A stretch of DNA of 64,000 bases from positions 10,810 through 74,809 of the forward strand of contig JAHIPV010000020.1 of the NCBI GenBank assembly GCA_018902845.1, in the 5' to 3' direction. The translations under genes and the position numbers were made by a program. The first letter of the stretch is position 1; the number at the start of each line of letters is the position of its first letter. Positions 27,138-37,970 of this stretch are shown here, piece by piece. Below the pieces are notes generated by a model, which saw only the letters and a program-made list of their open reading frames with translations, had not been told where the DNA came from and ran no database searches. This DNA comes from Patescibacteria group bacterium (GTDB taxonomy: Bacteria > Patescibacteriota > Microgenomatia > UBA12405).

Positions 27138-28277
27138 ATGAAGATTAATGTTTGCAGGGTATGTGGCCAAAAGTTTTTTGATAAATCTTTGTTGGTATAT
27201 AAAAATATGCCGGCGGTAGCACAAAACTTTCCAGACGAAAAATCTTTGAAAAGTGATATGGGAATTGAAATGAAGGTGTATCAGTGTAGCGGTTGTGGCT
27301 TGGTTCAGTTAAGTAATGAGCCGGTGTCTTATTATAAGGAGGTGATACGAGCGGTAGCGTTTTCTCCGGAAATGAGAAATTTTCGGGTTAAACAATTTGG
27401 GGATTTTGTAAAAAAATATTCTTTGAAGAATAAAAGAGTGATTGAGATAGGTTGCGGTAAGGGCGAATATTTGTCGATTATGAAACAGTGTGGAGTGTCG
27501 GTATACGGGTTGGAACAATCAACGGAATCGGTTAGTCGGTGTGTGAAAGATGGATTGAAAGTTTTTCAAGGATTTGTTAAAGACAGTAGATATAAAATAA
27601 AAAATGCTCCCTATGATGCCTTTTTTATTTTGAGTTTTTTAGAACACTTACCTGATCCAAATTCAGTTCTCGGTGGTATATGTGATAATTTGTCGGATAA
27701 TGCGGTTGGAATTATTGAAGTACCTAACTTTGATATGATTTTAAAACAGAATCTTTTTTCCGAGTTTACCAGAGATCATTTGTTTTATTTTACAAAAGAT
27801 ACTTTGGTAAGATTGTTGGGTTTAAATGGTTTTGATGTTATTGGTTGTCGGGTGGTGTGGCATGAGTATATAATTTCGGCGATTGTTAAAAAGAGGGCAA
27901 GAATATCGGTTGAACATTTTTATAAAAAACAAGAAAAACTTAAGCTGGAGATTAGTCGGTATATAAGTAGATTTAAGGATAATAAAGTTGCCATATGGGG
28001 GGCCGGACATCAGTCGTTGGCTGTTATGGCTATGTTGGACTTGGCTGGTAAGATTAAATATGTGGTCGATTCGGCGCCCTTTAAACAGGGTAAATATACT
28101 CCGGCGACACATATTCCAATAGTTTCACCTGAAACACTTAACTTGGATCCAGTGGCGGGTCTGATTGTGATGGCGGCCAGTTATTCGGATGAGGTGGTAA
28201 GTATTTTGCGAAAGAGGTTTGATAAAAATTTTTCTATTTCTGTGGTGAGAGACTATGGTTTGGAAATAATCAGATAA
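27138..28277 (+). CDS. NDP-sugar C-methyltransferase-like protein
   Basis: CRVC / CSGCGLVQL Zn site, EIGCGKG, LEH, WGAG...VDSAPFKQG..P.THIPI. Confidence 0.85.
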   Translation: MKINVCRVCGQKFFDKSLLVYKNMPAVAQNFPDEKSLKSDMGIEMKVYQCSGCGLVQLSNEPVSYYKEVIRAVAFSPEMRNFRVKQFGDFVKKYSLKNKRVIEIGCGKGEYLSIMKQCGVSVYGLEQSTESVSRCVKDGLKVFQGFVKDSRYKIKNAPYDAFFILSFLEHLPDPNSVLGGICDNLSDNAVGIIEVPNFDMILKQNLFSEFTRDHLFYFTKDTLVRLLGLNGFDVIGCRVVWHEYIISAIVKKRARISVEHFYKKQEKLKLEISRYISRFKDNKVAIWGAGHQSLAVMAMLDLAGKIKYVVDSAPFKQGKYTPATHIPIVSPETLNLDPVAGLIVMAASYSDEVVSILRKRFDKNFSISVVRDYGLEIIR

Positions 28278-28347
28278 TTGCAATTTATGAAATTTTTTTA
28301 TGGGGGGATGTATAATAGGAACAGTTAGAGTTTAAAAGATAAATAAT

Positions 28348-29436
28348 ATGCCTATTAGATTAGAGCGGGGGCTTACACAAGCGGAAGTAAAAGGTAGGGC
28401 TAGGTTGGCTGAGAAAAAGCCGGCGGTAGCCGAGAAGTATGAGTTGTTTGACGCTAGGGTTGAAGAAGGGAAAAGTAATGCAATAATTCAATTTCAAGTT
28501 GACTATAGGTGTAATTTTCGTTGTGAGCATTGCTGTATAACAGGATTACGAAGATCGAGACAAGAAGAGAGTTTTGATGTGGGTAAGGTTAGAGATCTGG
28601 CAGATCAAGCCGACGAAATGGGGTTGGCGGAATTTGTAATTACCGGGGGAGAGCCTCTAATTATCCCCTGGTACGATGAATTGGTAGAGGCGATTGGTCC
28701 GGATCGGTTCTATATAGCCTCTGATACCAATGGGTGGTACCTGGATGAAAAAATGGCAAAGCATTTGGTTGATATAGGAGTAGATAAGACCCAGATTAGT
28801 CTTGATAGTTTATCAGCGGATGAGCATGATGCTTTTAGAAGACATAAAGGAGCTCATGAAAGAGCCGTTAGGGGAATAAGAGCATCTTTAGATGCGGGTT
28901 TAAGTACTTTGGTGCAGACCGTAGTGACCCGCGATAGGATAAGATCATCGGAGTTTGAAGGTTTTTTAAAATTTATCAATGAGATGGGGGCGCCGGTGTT
29001 TGTAACTTATGCTAAGCCTGTTGGTGCTTGGGAAAGGAATTACGGTGCTATGGTAAGTAGGGCTGATATGGATTATATGCGGGAGTTGGAGGAAAAATAT
29101 AGAGTTTTTACACATTTGACACCTGCCTATGGTTGGGATTTGGGTTGTATTGCGGTAAAGAGAATGATTTCGGTTACGCAATATGGTGATGTGATGCCGT
29201 GTCCATACACACATATTTCGTTGGGGAATGTTTTTGACGAGTCATTGGAAGAGATTGTTGAAAGAGGTATGAAAATTAGACATTTTGGGGAGCATAGGGA
29301 TACATGTTTAATGGCGGAAGATGTAATGGCAAGGCCGGGAGGTTTTGTTAAAGAGTATATTGAGCCTAGGGTGTATGATAAGGTGTTACCGGTACCCTGG
29401 AATCAGGTATTTATGGATGAAGATTTTATTAAGTGA
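28348..29436 (+). CDS. Radical SAM protein with SPASM/twitch-like C-terminus
   Basis: CNFRCEHC, TGGEP, GCIA...GDVMPC. Confidence 0.9.
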   Translation: MPIRLERGLTQAEVKGRARLAEKKPAVAEKYELFDARVEEGKSNAIIQFQVDYRCNFRCEHCCITGLRRSRQEESFDVGKVRDLADQADEMGLAEFVITGGEPLIIPWYDELVEAIGPDRFYIASDTNGWYLDEKMAKHLVDIGVDKTQISLDSLSADEHDAFRRHKGAHERAVRGIRASLDAGLSTLVQTVVTRDRIRSSEFEGFLKFINEMGAPVFVTYAKPVGAWERNYGAMVSRADMDYMRELEEKYRVFTHLTPAYGWDLGCIAVKRMISVTQYGDVMPCPYTHISLGNVFDESLEEIVERGMKIRHFGEHRDTCLMAEDVMARPGGFVKEYIEPRVYDKVLPVPWNQVFMDEDFIK

Positions 29437-30331
29437 AATTAAACCAAAAATAAAAGCTTTTGTTTTTGATTTTGATGGTACGATAAAAAGTTCTAAAGAA
29501 CCGGATTGTTTGCCGTTGGAACTAATAGAAAGAATTGTGTCTGCCGGTAAAAAAGTGGCAATTGTGACTGCTTCTGGAGTATCGGCATTGAATGGTTTAG
29601 GGCAACAAATAACAAGGTTATTGTTGGAGGGTAATTATTCGACGAGGGTATATTTGGGAATTGCCAATGGAATGGGTCTGTATGGATTGGATAAACAGGG
29701 AAAATGCGAGTTATATAGTTATCCAATAGAGATTATTGATGTTAAAAAGATTTTGAAGGCTTGGGAAAAGGCGGTAAGTTTAGTTGGGATTAAAGACGAA
29801 GATTTAGTGGAGAAGGGACTGACAACATTCAAGAGGTTTTTAGAAAAAGATTGGGGAAGGTACATCCCGAAGGATTATTTGTCATTGGTTAAAAGCCGGA
29901 AGGGAAAATGTTTTGCGGAGAGGTTGAAGGTGACATTGGTTATGCCCAGAAGTGAGGTCTTTTCTCAAGTGGAATTTGTGAGAATGGTACAGGAAGAAAT
30001 AGATAAATTGACGGGTAAGGAGAAATTTGTGATAGAGACGGGTGATGATGTTTTTGCCCATGTGACTTGTTGGCCGAGGATGGAACCGAAGTTGTTTGCT
30101 TTAAATAGGATTAAGCTGGAGTTAGAGTTGAAAGATAGGGAGTTGGTTGTTTTTGGTGATATGCCATTTGGTAATGATAGAGGAATGTTGATAGACAGTA
30201 ATTTACCTTATACCTTTACTAATAGATATTTTAAAAAGAAGGATGTTAAAAAACCACCCTATTTTTTATCGGGACTAGCGGAGAGGCCGGTGTTGAGCGT
30301 TTACCGAGCTGTTAATTATTTGATAAACTAA
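29417..30331 (+). CDS. HAD-superfamily hydrolase (subclass IIB-like)
   Basis: FDFDGT, VT, K, FGD....ND. Confidence 0.8.
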   Translation: MKILLSEIKPKIKAFVFDFDGTIKSSKEPDCLPLELIERIVSAGKKVAIVTASGVSALNGLGQQITRLLLEGNYSTRVYLGIANGMGLYGLDKQGKCELYSYPIEIIDVKKILKAWEKAVSLVGIKDEDLVEKGLTTFKRFLEKDWGRYIPKDYLSLVKSRKGKCFAERLKVTLVMPRSEVFSQVEFVRMVQEEIDKLTGKEKFVIETGDDVFAHVTCWPRMEPKLFALNRIKLELELKDRELVVFGDMPFGNDRGMLIDSNLPYTFTNRYFKKKDVKKPPYFLSGLAERPVLSVYRAVNYLIN

Positions 30332-30361
30332 AACTATAATTATAAATTGGGATATATTAAT

Positions 30362-32026
30362 ATGAAACTGAGTGATTATGTATTTAAATTTTTAGAAGAT
30401 TATACAGATATGGTTTTTTTACTTTCCGGTGGTGGAATAATGCATTTGGTTGATTCTTTGGGTAATTCAAAATTACATGCAATTTGCTGTCATCATGAAC
30501 AAGCATGTGCAATTGCAGCAGAGGGTTATGCTCGAATTAAAAATAAGGTTGGAGTGTCTTTAGTAACTACTGGTCCGGGTGGAACAAACGCAATTACCGG
30601 AGTGGCTGGAGCATGGCTAGACAGTATTCCGATGTTAGTTATTAGTGGTCAAGTTAAGACTGGTGATATAACTCCCAAAGTAAGGGGTATCCCAATAGTT
30701 AGGGCTACTGGTTTTCAAGAATTAAATGTGGTTGATTTAGTTAAACCAATTACTAAATATGTTGTAACAATAAATAAACCAAATGAAATTAAGTATCAGT
30801 TGGAGAAGGCTTTATATTTGGCTACAAATGAACGTCCAGGGCCGGTTTGGGTAGAAATACCATTGGATATTCAGACTGTTGAAATTGATATTAGAAAATT
30901 AAAAGGATTTAAAAAACCATTAATTAAAAAAAATTACCAGAGCGAAAAAATTAATTTAATTGCAAAAAAACTTAATGAGGCAAAAAGACCATTGTTAATG
31001 GTCGGAAATGGAACAAGATTAGTTGGTGGGGAAAAAATATTACAAAAAATACTGGATAAATTAAAAATTAATGCAGTTACACCGATTTTTACGGCTGATG
31101 ACTTAGTAACAAGTGATTATTTATATTATTTAGGTAGGCAAGGAATGCCTGGTAATGAAACCGCAAATTGGGCAATGGATAATTGTGATTTATTGTTGAT
31201 TATTGGTGAAAGAATGCAACTAACACAGGTATCTTATGATTATAAAAAATTTTCACCAGATGCTTTTAAAATTATGGTGGATATTGATGAAAATGAGATA
31301 AATAAAAAAACACTAAAGATTGATTTGCCTGTATGTATGGATGCTAAATTGTTTTTGGAAGAATTATTTAAAAAAGATATTAAATTAAATAGGTGGAATG
31401 TTGAAGTTAAGCCAATAAATGTCAAAAAATATGAAAGCAGTGGAAATTTTGTAAATGTTTATAGTTTTTTTGAAGGACTTAATAAAAATATATTTGGACT
31501 TAATATAGCAACTACCAATGGAATGGCCAGTGTGGCGACTCACCAGGCTATAAAAATAAAAAATGGACAACGTATTATTACTAATGCTGGATTAGGTCAT
31601 ATGGGATCAGGATTACCTTTAGCCATTGGGGTTTGTTTAGCCTCAGGTAAATCCCCTACTATTTGTATGGAGGGCGATGGTTCACTTATGCTTAATATTC
31701 AAGAATTGCAGACGATAATTTATCATAAGTTACCGATAAAAATATTTATTTTTAACAATGGCGGTTATTATTCCATTAGAAATACGCATCAAAATTATTT
31801 TCAGAGGGTTTTTGCGGCTGATGTAAAAAGTGGGCTTAGCTTACCTGATTTTGAAAAATTAACAAAAGGATGGGGTTTAAAGTATATTAAAATTGCCAAT
31901 AATAAAGAGATTTATAAAATCAAGAAGGTTATTGATTATCCGGGTCCGATTGTTTGTGAGCTTATAATTGATCCTCAACAAAAGATGTTACCAAAGTGGT
32001 CTGCCGGTAATTTAAAAGAAAATTAA
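30362..32026 (+). CDS. ThDP-dependent enzyme, acetolactate synthase-like (YerE-like branched-sugar enzyme by context)
   Basis: HHEQ, TTGPGGTN, GFQE, GDGS...NNGGY. Confidence 0.85.
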   Translation: MKLSDYVFKFLEDYTDMVFLLSGGGIMHLVDSLGNSKLHAICCHHEQACAIAAEGYARIKNKVGVSLVTTGPGGTNAITGVAGAWLDSIPMLVISGQVKTGDITPKVRGIPIVRATGFQELNVVDLVKPITKYVVTINKPNEIKYQLEKALYLATNERPGPVWVEIPLDIQTVEIDIRKLKGFKKPLIKKNYQSEKINLIAKKLNEAKRPLLMVGNGTRLVGGEKILQKILDKLKINAVTPIFTADDLVTSDYLYYLGRQGMPGNETANWAMDNCDLLLIIGERMQLTQVSYDYKKFSPDAFKIMVDIDENEINKKTLKIDLPVCMDAKLFLEELFKKDIKLNRWNVEVKPINVKKYESSGNFVNVYSFFEGLNKNIFGLNIATTNGMASVATHQAIKIKNGQRIITNAGLGHMGSGLPLAIGVCLASGKSPTICMEGDGSLMLNIQELQTIIYHKLPIKIFIFNNGGYYSIRNTHQNYFQRVFAADVKSGLSLPDFEKLTKGWGLKYIKIANNKEIYKIKKVIDYPGPIVCELIIDPQQKMLPKWSAGNLKEN

Positions 32027-32031
32027 TTTAT

Positions 32032-32970
32032 ATGGAAAAGAAAAAGATAACTATTGGAGTCCCATGTTTTAATGAAGAGAAAAATGTAATTAATATGTAC
32101 AATAAATTGAAATGTGTAGTAGAAAAAATAAAGAAATATAAATTTGAATTTTTATTTGTAGATAATGGCAGTAGTGATAAAACCAGGGAAAAAATAATGT
32201 TTTTGACTAAAAAGGATAAAAATGTAAAAGGAGTATTTTTGTCTCGTGATTTTGGACCCGAAGGTTCTGGTGCAGCTATTTTATATAATACTAATTCAGA
32301 TGGATTAATTATTGTCGCTTGTGATTTTCAAGATCCACCGGAATTAATTTCTAAATTTATAAAAAAATGGGAAGATGGCTATGAAGTTATTTTGGGTCAA
32401 TATAATAAAATAGAAGATTCTCCTTTTATGACTTTAATGAGAAAGATGTTTTATAAGTTGTTTAAGAATATATCAAATATAGATGTTCCAATAAATGTAA
32501 CTGGATTTGGATTGTTAGATAAAAAGGTTATTGATGCGATGAAATCATTACCAGAAAAATTTAGATTTGGTAGAGGCTTAATTTCTTGGGTTGGTTTTAA
32601 AAGAATTTTTGTATCCTACGAAAGACAAAAAAGGGAAAATGGGAAAAGTTCGTATGATTTTTTTGCTTATGTAAAACATTCCGAGCGAGGTGTTTTTGGA
32701 TTTTCTTATCTTCCGTTAGACTTAATAGTTTATGTTGGTTTTATAATAACCATTCTTTCTTTCTTGTTTGTTATTGGTTATTTGTTTACAGTCTTTGTCT
32801 TTGGAAATCCAATAAATGCATCAATACCAATTTTATTGGCAATAGTATTTTTTGGTGGAGTTAATTTAATGGCATTAAGTATTATTGGAAAATATATTCA
32901 GGTAATAGTAGAAGAGACAAAAAATAGACCCATGTATATTGTTGATAAAAAAATAAATTTTAAAAACTAA
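32032..32970 (+). CDS. GtrB/ArnC-like polyprenol-phosphate GT2 with two C-terminal TMs
   Basis: VPCFNEE, VDNGSSD, CDFQDPPE, YIQVIVEETKNRP. Confidence 0.85.
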   Translation: MEKKKITIGVPCFNEEKNVINMYNKLKCVVEKIKKYKFEFLFVDNGSSDKTREKIMFLTKKDKNVKGVFLSRDFGPEGSGAAILYNTNSDGLIIVACDFQDPPELISKFIKKWEDGYEVILGQYNKIEDSPFMTLMRKMFYKLFKNISNIDVPINVTGFGLLDKKVIDAMKSLPEKFRFGRGLISWVGFKRIFVSYERQKRENGKSSYDFFAYVKHSERGVFGFSYLPLDLIVYVGFIITILSFLFVIGYLFTVFVFGNPINASIPILLAIVFFGGVNLMALSIIGKYIQVIVEETKNRPMYIVDKKINFKN

Positions 32971-32973
32971 TTT

Positions 32974-34233
32974 ATGAAAAAAAAATTTATACCAGGTGAA
33001 ACATATGTTTCAGTTTCAGGGAAAGTGTTTGATAAAGAGGAAATTAACAACGCCATAGAGGCGGCAAAGGATGGATGGTGGACGGAAGGGCGGTTTGCAT
33101 TGAAATTTGAGGAAAAATTTAAAAAGTATTTAGGAGTTAAACATGTCTCGTTGGTTAATTCTGGTTCATCGGCAAATTTAGTGGCCTTAGCGGCGCTGAC
33201 ATCGGACTTATTTGGTGAAAAGAGACTTAAGGCCGGTGATGAGTTTGTGACGACGTCGGTGGCTTTTCCGACGACGGTTAATCCGGGTATTCAGTATAGA
33301 TTAAAGCCGGTGTTTGTTGATGTTGGGGTTGGAGATTTAAATATTGATATGGCAAAGATTGAAAAGGCGATTACAAAAAAGACCCGGTTAATTATGCTGG
33401 CTCATACTTTGGGTTTTCCCTTTGATTTGACCGAAGTGATGCGTTTAGTAAAAAAGTATGATTTGTGGTTGATTGAGGACTGCTGTGATGCTTTGGGGAC
33501 GAAATATGGTAATAAGTACGTGGGTCAGTATGGCCATATAGCAACATTTAGTTTTTATCCGGCTCATCATATAACGATGGGAGAAGGGGGGGCGGTGATT
33601 ACCAACAATCGGTTGATTCATAAGGCAATTAGGCGGTTTAGGGACTGGGGGAGGGACTGTTGGTGTGGGACAGGTCAGGATAATAGTTGTGGTAGGAGAT
33701 TTAAATGGAAACTGGGTGAGTTGCCGTATGGTTATGATCATAAATATATTTATTCTGAGTTGGGGTACAATCTTAAACTGACAGATTTTCAAGCGGCAAT
33801 TGGAGTGGCTCAGTTAAAAAAACTGCCGGGTTTTATAAAAAAGCGACGAGCTAATTACAAGAAATTATATGAGTTTTTTAAAAAATATGAAGAATATTTT
33901 GTGTTGATGCGGGAGGATGAAAAGACAGAGGTGTCGTATTTTGGTTTTCCGATAGTGGTAAAGAGTGGAGCGCCTTTTACCAGAAATGAAATGTCTGAAT
34001 ATTTGGAGAAGAATAAGGTGGGGACTCGGAATGTGTTTACCGGGAATTTATTAAGACATCCCGCGTATGTAGACTTGCGGAAGAGTTTTAGATTAGTGGA
34101 GGGGATGGAAAACGCTGATGCTATTATGAACAATGCATTTTGGATTGGAGTGTGGCCGGGGATTGATGGAGTGAGGATGAAGTATATGAAGATGGTGATA
34201 ACGAAATTTCTTAAAACGCAGGGGATTTTTTAG
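32974..34233 (+). CDS. rfbH: CDP-4-keto-6-deoxyglucose 3-dehydrase (E1, RfbH/DdhC)
   Basis: NSGSSANL, SFYPAHHITMGEGG (His in place of PLP Lys), RDWGRDCWC..G.DNSC..RF, YDHKY. Confidence 0.92.
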   Translation: MKKKFIPGETYVSVSGKVFDKEEINNAIEAAKDGWWTEGRFALKFEEKFKKYLGVKHVSLVNSGSSANLVALAALTSDLFGEKRLKAGDEFVTTSVAFPTTVNPGIQYRLKPVFVDVGVGDLNIDMAKIEKAITKKTRLIMLAHTLGFPFDLTEVMRLVKKYDLWLIEDCCDALGTKYGNKYVGQYGHIATFSFYPAHHITMGEGGAVITNNRLIHKAIRRFRDWGRDCWCGTGQDNSCGRRFKWKLGELPYGYDHKYIYSELGYNLKLTDFQAAIGVAQLKKLPGFIKKRRANYKKLYEFFKKYEEYFVLMREDEKTEVSYFGFPIVVKSGAPFTRNEMSEYLEKNKVGTRNVFTGNLLRHPAYVDLRKSFRLVEGMENADAIMNNAFWIGVWPGIDGVRMKYMKMVITKFLKTQGIF

Positions 34234-34262
34234 AGAAAGAATTTTGTGGACAGAAGGTTGTT

Positions 34263-35810
34263 TTATTGGTTTTGCAGTTCACAGGGAATTGTGAGTATTT
34301 GTTGATTCCAATTAGGTTTGCCAATGGGGCAGTAATCTGGCATTAAGTCAGTGACCGGACTGAATATGATTGGTTTATTTTTAATAACATAATCTGATAA
34401 TTTCTCGGTATAATTGGGATAAACCGATTTGTTAATACCTAACCAGTTGACATACATGGGGTGGAAATTTATTGTGTTTGGTTTAAGGGTGCCGTAAATT
34501 GCATCCGGGCCGTTGGTAATGATGTTTTTTTCGGGATAAGTGTTGATGATGTCAAAAGCGTTGTTGTAAAATAAAACCTCATCCATGCTCATCTTCATGT
34601 GCTTTAATGTTGGTAGTTGGGTGGTGTAATAGACGGTTTGAAGTTTTGTAACAGCGTTAGACATTCTGATAGATATTTCCAAATAAATGATAGGTAATAG
34701 GAGAATAATTAATGTGATAGCGGAAATGATTTTATTGGGTTTAGTTTTATTAAAAATAAACATGTGTTGAAAATCATGGACAAATTTTGGCAATAGGCCC
34801 ATCATGGGAGTGGCGGCCCAAAAAAGGTGTCTGAAACATGGGACCGGATAATATTGCATCCAAGAGGAAATTGAGACAAGAGATAGTATTATTTGAACGT
34901 TGTCGGAATTATTGCTTTGATGACGTATTTTTTTTATTATAGATCTTAATAGATAAAGCACAGAGAAGATTGGTAGTAATTTCCAAAGTGAAAGAATGCC
35001 GACTGAATTGGTAAAAAGGTTTTGAAAAATAACCTTGATTTGAAAGTTTTGACCAACGGTTCGACCGAAGACAACAGCTGACACGATGGATTGTAGCCAC
35101 CAGTCGTGGAAAGCCCCATTGATGGTAATCCATGACAATATAGGGATAGATATGGTTAACAGACCAAGGATGATAAAGATTGTTTCTCTAAAAACGGTAT
35201 GTAGTTTTGTTTTGTTTTTTGGAAGAGTTAGTAAAAATGATAAATATGAAAATATTAGGAGAAATATACCGACTGGCTGTCTTGTCCAAAAAGTCGCACC
35301 GATAGTTATGCCTGAAAAAAATAGATATTTATGGCGATGTTTTTGTAAGCTAAGGATTAAAAAATAGAGGGTCAAGACCAAGAAAAAAAGAGAGTAAACC
35401 GAGGACCAAGGTAGAAATAGGTATATGTAAAATGGGGCCATGGCTAACCAAATTAAACAAGAGAGTAAAGATAACCATTTTTTTTCGTAAATAGTCCAAA
35501 TTTTAAATAGAAAAAATGAAGTAAGGGCGTAGAAAAAAGATGTTTGGAGTTTAATAACTATTAAGTATTTACCAAAAATCAGCAAAGATAATGATTGTAG
35601 GATGGTAAGTAGGGCACCATATTGGGTATATGAATTTTTAAAGAGTATTTTGCCTTCAAGTAAGTCTATGGCTGGTTTAAAGACGATACCGTCGTGGTGT
35701 GGATCAACTCCAATTCTAGAAAAGATGGCGGAGATCAAGAAGGTGAAAATGGCGACAGATAGGGGTAGCGCTTGAGTAGTAAAAAATTTTTTGATGTTGA
35801 GTTTTTTCAT
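34263..35810 (-). CDS. Multi-TM membrane protein, probable GT-C glycosyltransferase
   Basis: DPHHDG loop, YTQYG, RQPVG; ~11 TM. Confidence 0.6.
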   Translation of the reverse strand: MKKLNIKKFFTTQALPLSVAIFTFLISAIFSRIGVDPHHDGIVFKPAIDLLEGKILFKNSYTQYGALLTILQSLSLLIFGKYLIVIKLQTSFFYALTSFFLFKIWTIYEKKWLSLLSCLIWLAMAPFYIYLFLPWSSVYSLFFLVLTLYFLILSLQKHRHKYLFFSGITIGATFWTRQPVGIFLLIFSYLSFLLTLPKNKTKLHTVFRETIFIILGLLTISIPILSWITINGAFHDWWLQSIVSAVVFGRTVGQNFQIKVIFQNLFTNSVGILSLWKLLPIFSVLYLLRSIIKKIRHQSNNSDNVQIILSLVSISSWMQYYPVPCFRHLFWAATPMMGLLPKFVHDFQHMFIFNKTKPNKIISAITLIILLLPIIYLEISIRMSNAVTKLQTVYYTTQLPTLKHMKMSMDEVLFYNNAFDIINTYPEKNIITNGPDAIYGTLKPNTINFHPMYVNWLGINKSVYPNYTEKLSDYVIKNKPIIFSPVTDLMPDYCPIGKPNWNQQILTIPCELQNQ

Positions 35811-35837
35811 GGTGGTGTTGATATATTTAATTGAAAA

Positions 35838-37970
35838 TTAAAACGGGTCTTTTAATTCTATTTCAAATTCGATGAAATCGATATAAAGTTTTCTGGGGTC
35901 ATCGATAGTAATTACTTGTGGCGCGTTGGTTTTGAATGAAAGTGTGTTTATGCCGGGATTGATAGTGATGGTTTTGTTATATTTGGCACCTTGATTATTA
36001 ATGTCTACTTTATCGGTATATTTGTTAATTTTTATAAAAAGGTCAGAAACTTTTGGATATCCGCTATTGGCGATAAAACGAAGACTCATTTGCGTTTTTT
36101 TTTCAAAAGGATTGTAAATGTTTAATTTGCTTTGTCGGGAACACCAACGGTGAGGTTGATTGGTGGCTTCAAGTTCATAACAACCTTCTTTCCACTCATA
36201 TATGGGATGGCTCAGTATTTGTTTTTTCAGGTTTGTTATTTCTGTTGGTTGATATTGACTTAAGAACTTTTTTTTGAAGTTTTGTATGTTAAAAAACACG
36301 AGACGTTGGTTGGAACTAACGGTTGGTTTTGAAGTGATTAGCGATGAGATGTCTTTTTCCAGTTGTTGACCGTTATCAACATAACCGAAGCGGTCGATGT
36401 ATATACCGTCAAAGTCAAGGAGACATAAGGTTTCCAATAATTTTTGTGTTGAATAAGCAGAAATCTTTTCCATCACTCGTCCGCTATATCTTCCTTTAAT
36501 AGTGGCATAACTCCATTTTATTTTTTGAGATTGAACAAAACCCTTGAAGAGATCATAGTCCCCTAATTTGTGGATAGGCAGGGTTTCAGGAAAGTCTTTG
36601 TATGGTAACTGTAGAATGTTGGCTTGTTGAGGAAGTGATTTTTCAATTTCTTTGATAAAGAGTTGGTCATTTATAAATTCTTCGTACAAAGCCGTAAAGG
36701 AGTTTTTGTTTCTGACGAGAGGGGGTACTTGGTCTTGAACGGTAACAATGGTTAAAATGATTATTGTTAAATATATGAAAAGTTTTAATATCTTATTTTT
36801 TATTTTTTGGAGTTGGTATTTAATAAAATATAATAGAGAAAAAATACAAATAAATAATATAAAAGGGCTGATTCGGTTATAACACCTAATTTGTGGACTA
36901 ACGAAATACGCAAAAGTTGTCCCAAACCCTCCGGTAGTGGCGAATAGCAATATAAAAATGTTAACGACGGATAGTTTGTATAGAAGTTTATGTTTTTTTG
37001 AGTTGGTGAGAAAAAAAGCGCTAAACATAGAAATCATAAAACCAAATATTCCAAATATTCCCAGGTATTCGGTTTTTTCGCCGCGTGGTTCCAAACCTTG
37101 GTTATTGTATTTAGTTTGGAGATTTATCAAAAATGGTAATCTGTGATTGTTAAGAGGTATAAGGAGCTGAGTGATTCTGAGTCCATAATATTCGGATTCG
37201 GCTGGATGTCTGAGTCCAACGATTTCGTTTTTGCCGTTTTTAATTGAATAAAGCAGGCTTGGTGTAATGCTTAAAAATACAGTGATAATTATGATAATAG
37301 GAGCAATGAGATACGTGTTAAGATTTTTTGGTTTGGGAGAATTGAAGATAGATATCAGATAGGAAAAGAAAATAAGAATAACGGAAAAAAAAGCATAGTA
37401 TATGCCACTTGATCCAATTATGAGAGACAGAAATATAAGTGTTTTTATGCAAATTTTTTTCTGTTTAAGTATTTTAAAAATAATAAAAAATGTTAATGGG
37501 ATGCAAAAATAAGCTGCTAGGAATAGATGATCTTCTCCTCTGATTAAGTGATACGACGAAAATGTAAATATTATTTGTCCTGTCAGAGATAGAAATATTG
37601 ATTTGGTTTTTTTATAAAACACATAGAAACTGGTGATGGATATTAGTAAGTAGGAGATAAGATAGAAGATGTTAGTTAGCAAAAAATGGTCTTTTACAAT
37701 GATTGACAATAGATAGATTTGTAGTAGAAATGACCAGTCAGAGGTGGGAAAATCATTCATGATATATTTAAATGGGTATCCCAGTTTGTCGGTAATGAGA
37801 GAATTTTTATTTTCTATAATATTTTTGATTGATACTATATTCCACAAGTTGTCTCCGGAATAGGAGATGGGGATGTTGAAATGAGAAAGCCACGGGTGAT
37901 AGATGATAAAAAAGATGATGAGGGTGGTGATAATTGGCAAGAGAAAGAGTAGGTTTTTTTTATGAATCAT
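35838..37970 (-). CDS. Large membrane protein (YfhO-like GT-C) with C-terminal beta domain
   Basis: YSGD loop, H.F, YYAFF, IRCYNR, WSY, C-terminal HRWC domain. Confidence 0.6.
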   Translation of the reverse strand: MIHKKNLLFLLPIITTLIIFFIIYHPWLSHFNIPISYSGDNLWNIVSIKNIIENKNSLITDKLGYPFKYIMNDFPTSDWSFLLQIYLLSIIVKDHFLLTNIFYLISYLLISITSFYVFYKKTKSIFLSLTGQIIFTFSSYHLIRGEDHLFLAAYFCIPLTFFIIFKILKQKKICIKTLIFLSLIIGSSGIYYAFFSVILIFFSYLISIFNSPKPKNLNTYLIAPIIIIITVFLSITPSLLYSIKNGKNEIVGLRHPAESEYYGLRITQLLIPLNNHRLPFLINLQTKYNNQGLEPRGEKTEYLGIFGIFGFMISMFSAFFLTNSKKHKLLYKLSVVNIFILLFATTGGFGTTFAYFVSPQIRCYNRISPFILFICIFSLLYFIKYQLQKIKNKILKLFIYLTIIILTIVTVQDQVPPLVRNKNSFTALYEEFINDQLFIKEIEKSLPQQANILQLPYKDFPETLPIHKLGDYDLFKGFVQSQKIKWSYATIKGRYSGRVMEKISAYSTQKLLETLCLLDFDGIYIDRFGYVDNGQQLEKDISSLITSKPTVSSNQRLVFFNIQNFKKKFLSQYQPTEITNLKKQILSHPIYEWKEGCYELEATNQPHRWCSRQSKLNIYNPFEKKTQMSLRFIANSGYPKVSDLFIKINKYTDKVDINNQGAKYNKTITINPGINTLSFKTNAPQVITIDDPRKLYIDFIEFEIELKDPF

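Noticed and set aside
30362-32026. Housekeeping ilvB
   Set aside because: No ilvH/ilvC/ilvD nearby; embedded among CDP-sugar genes
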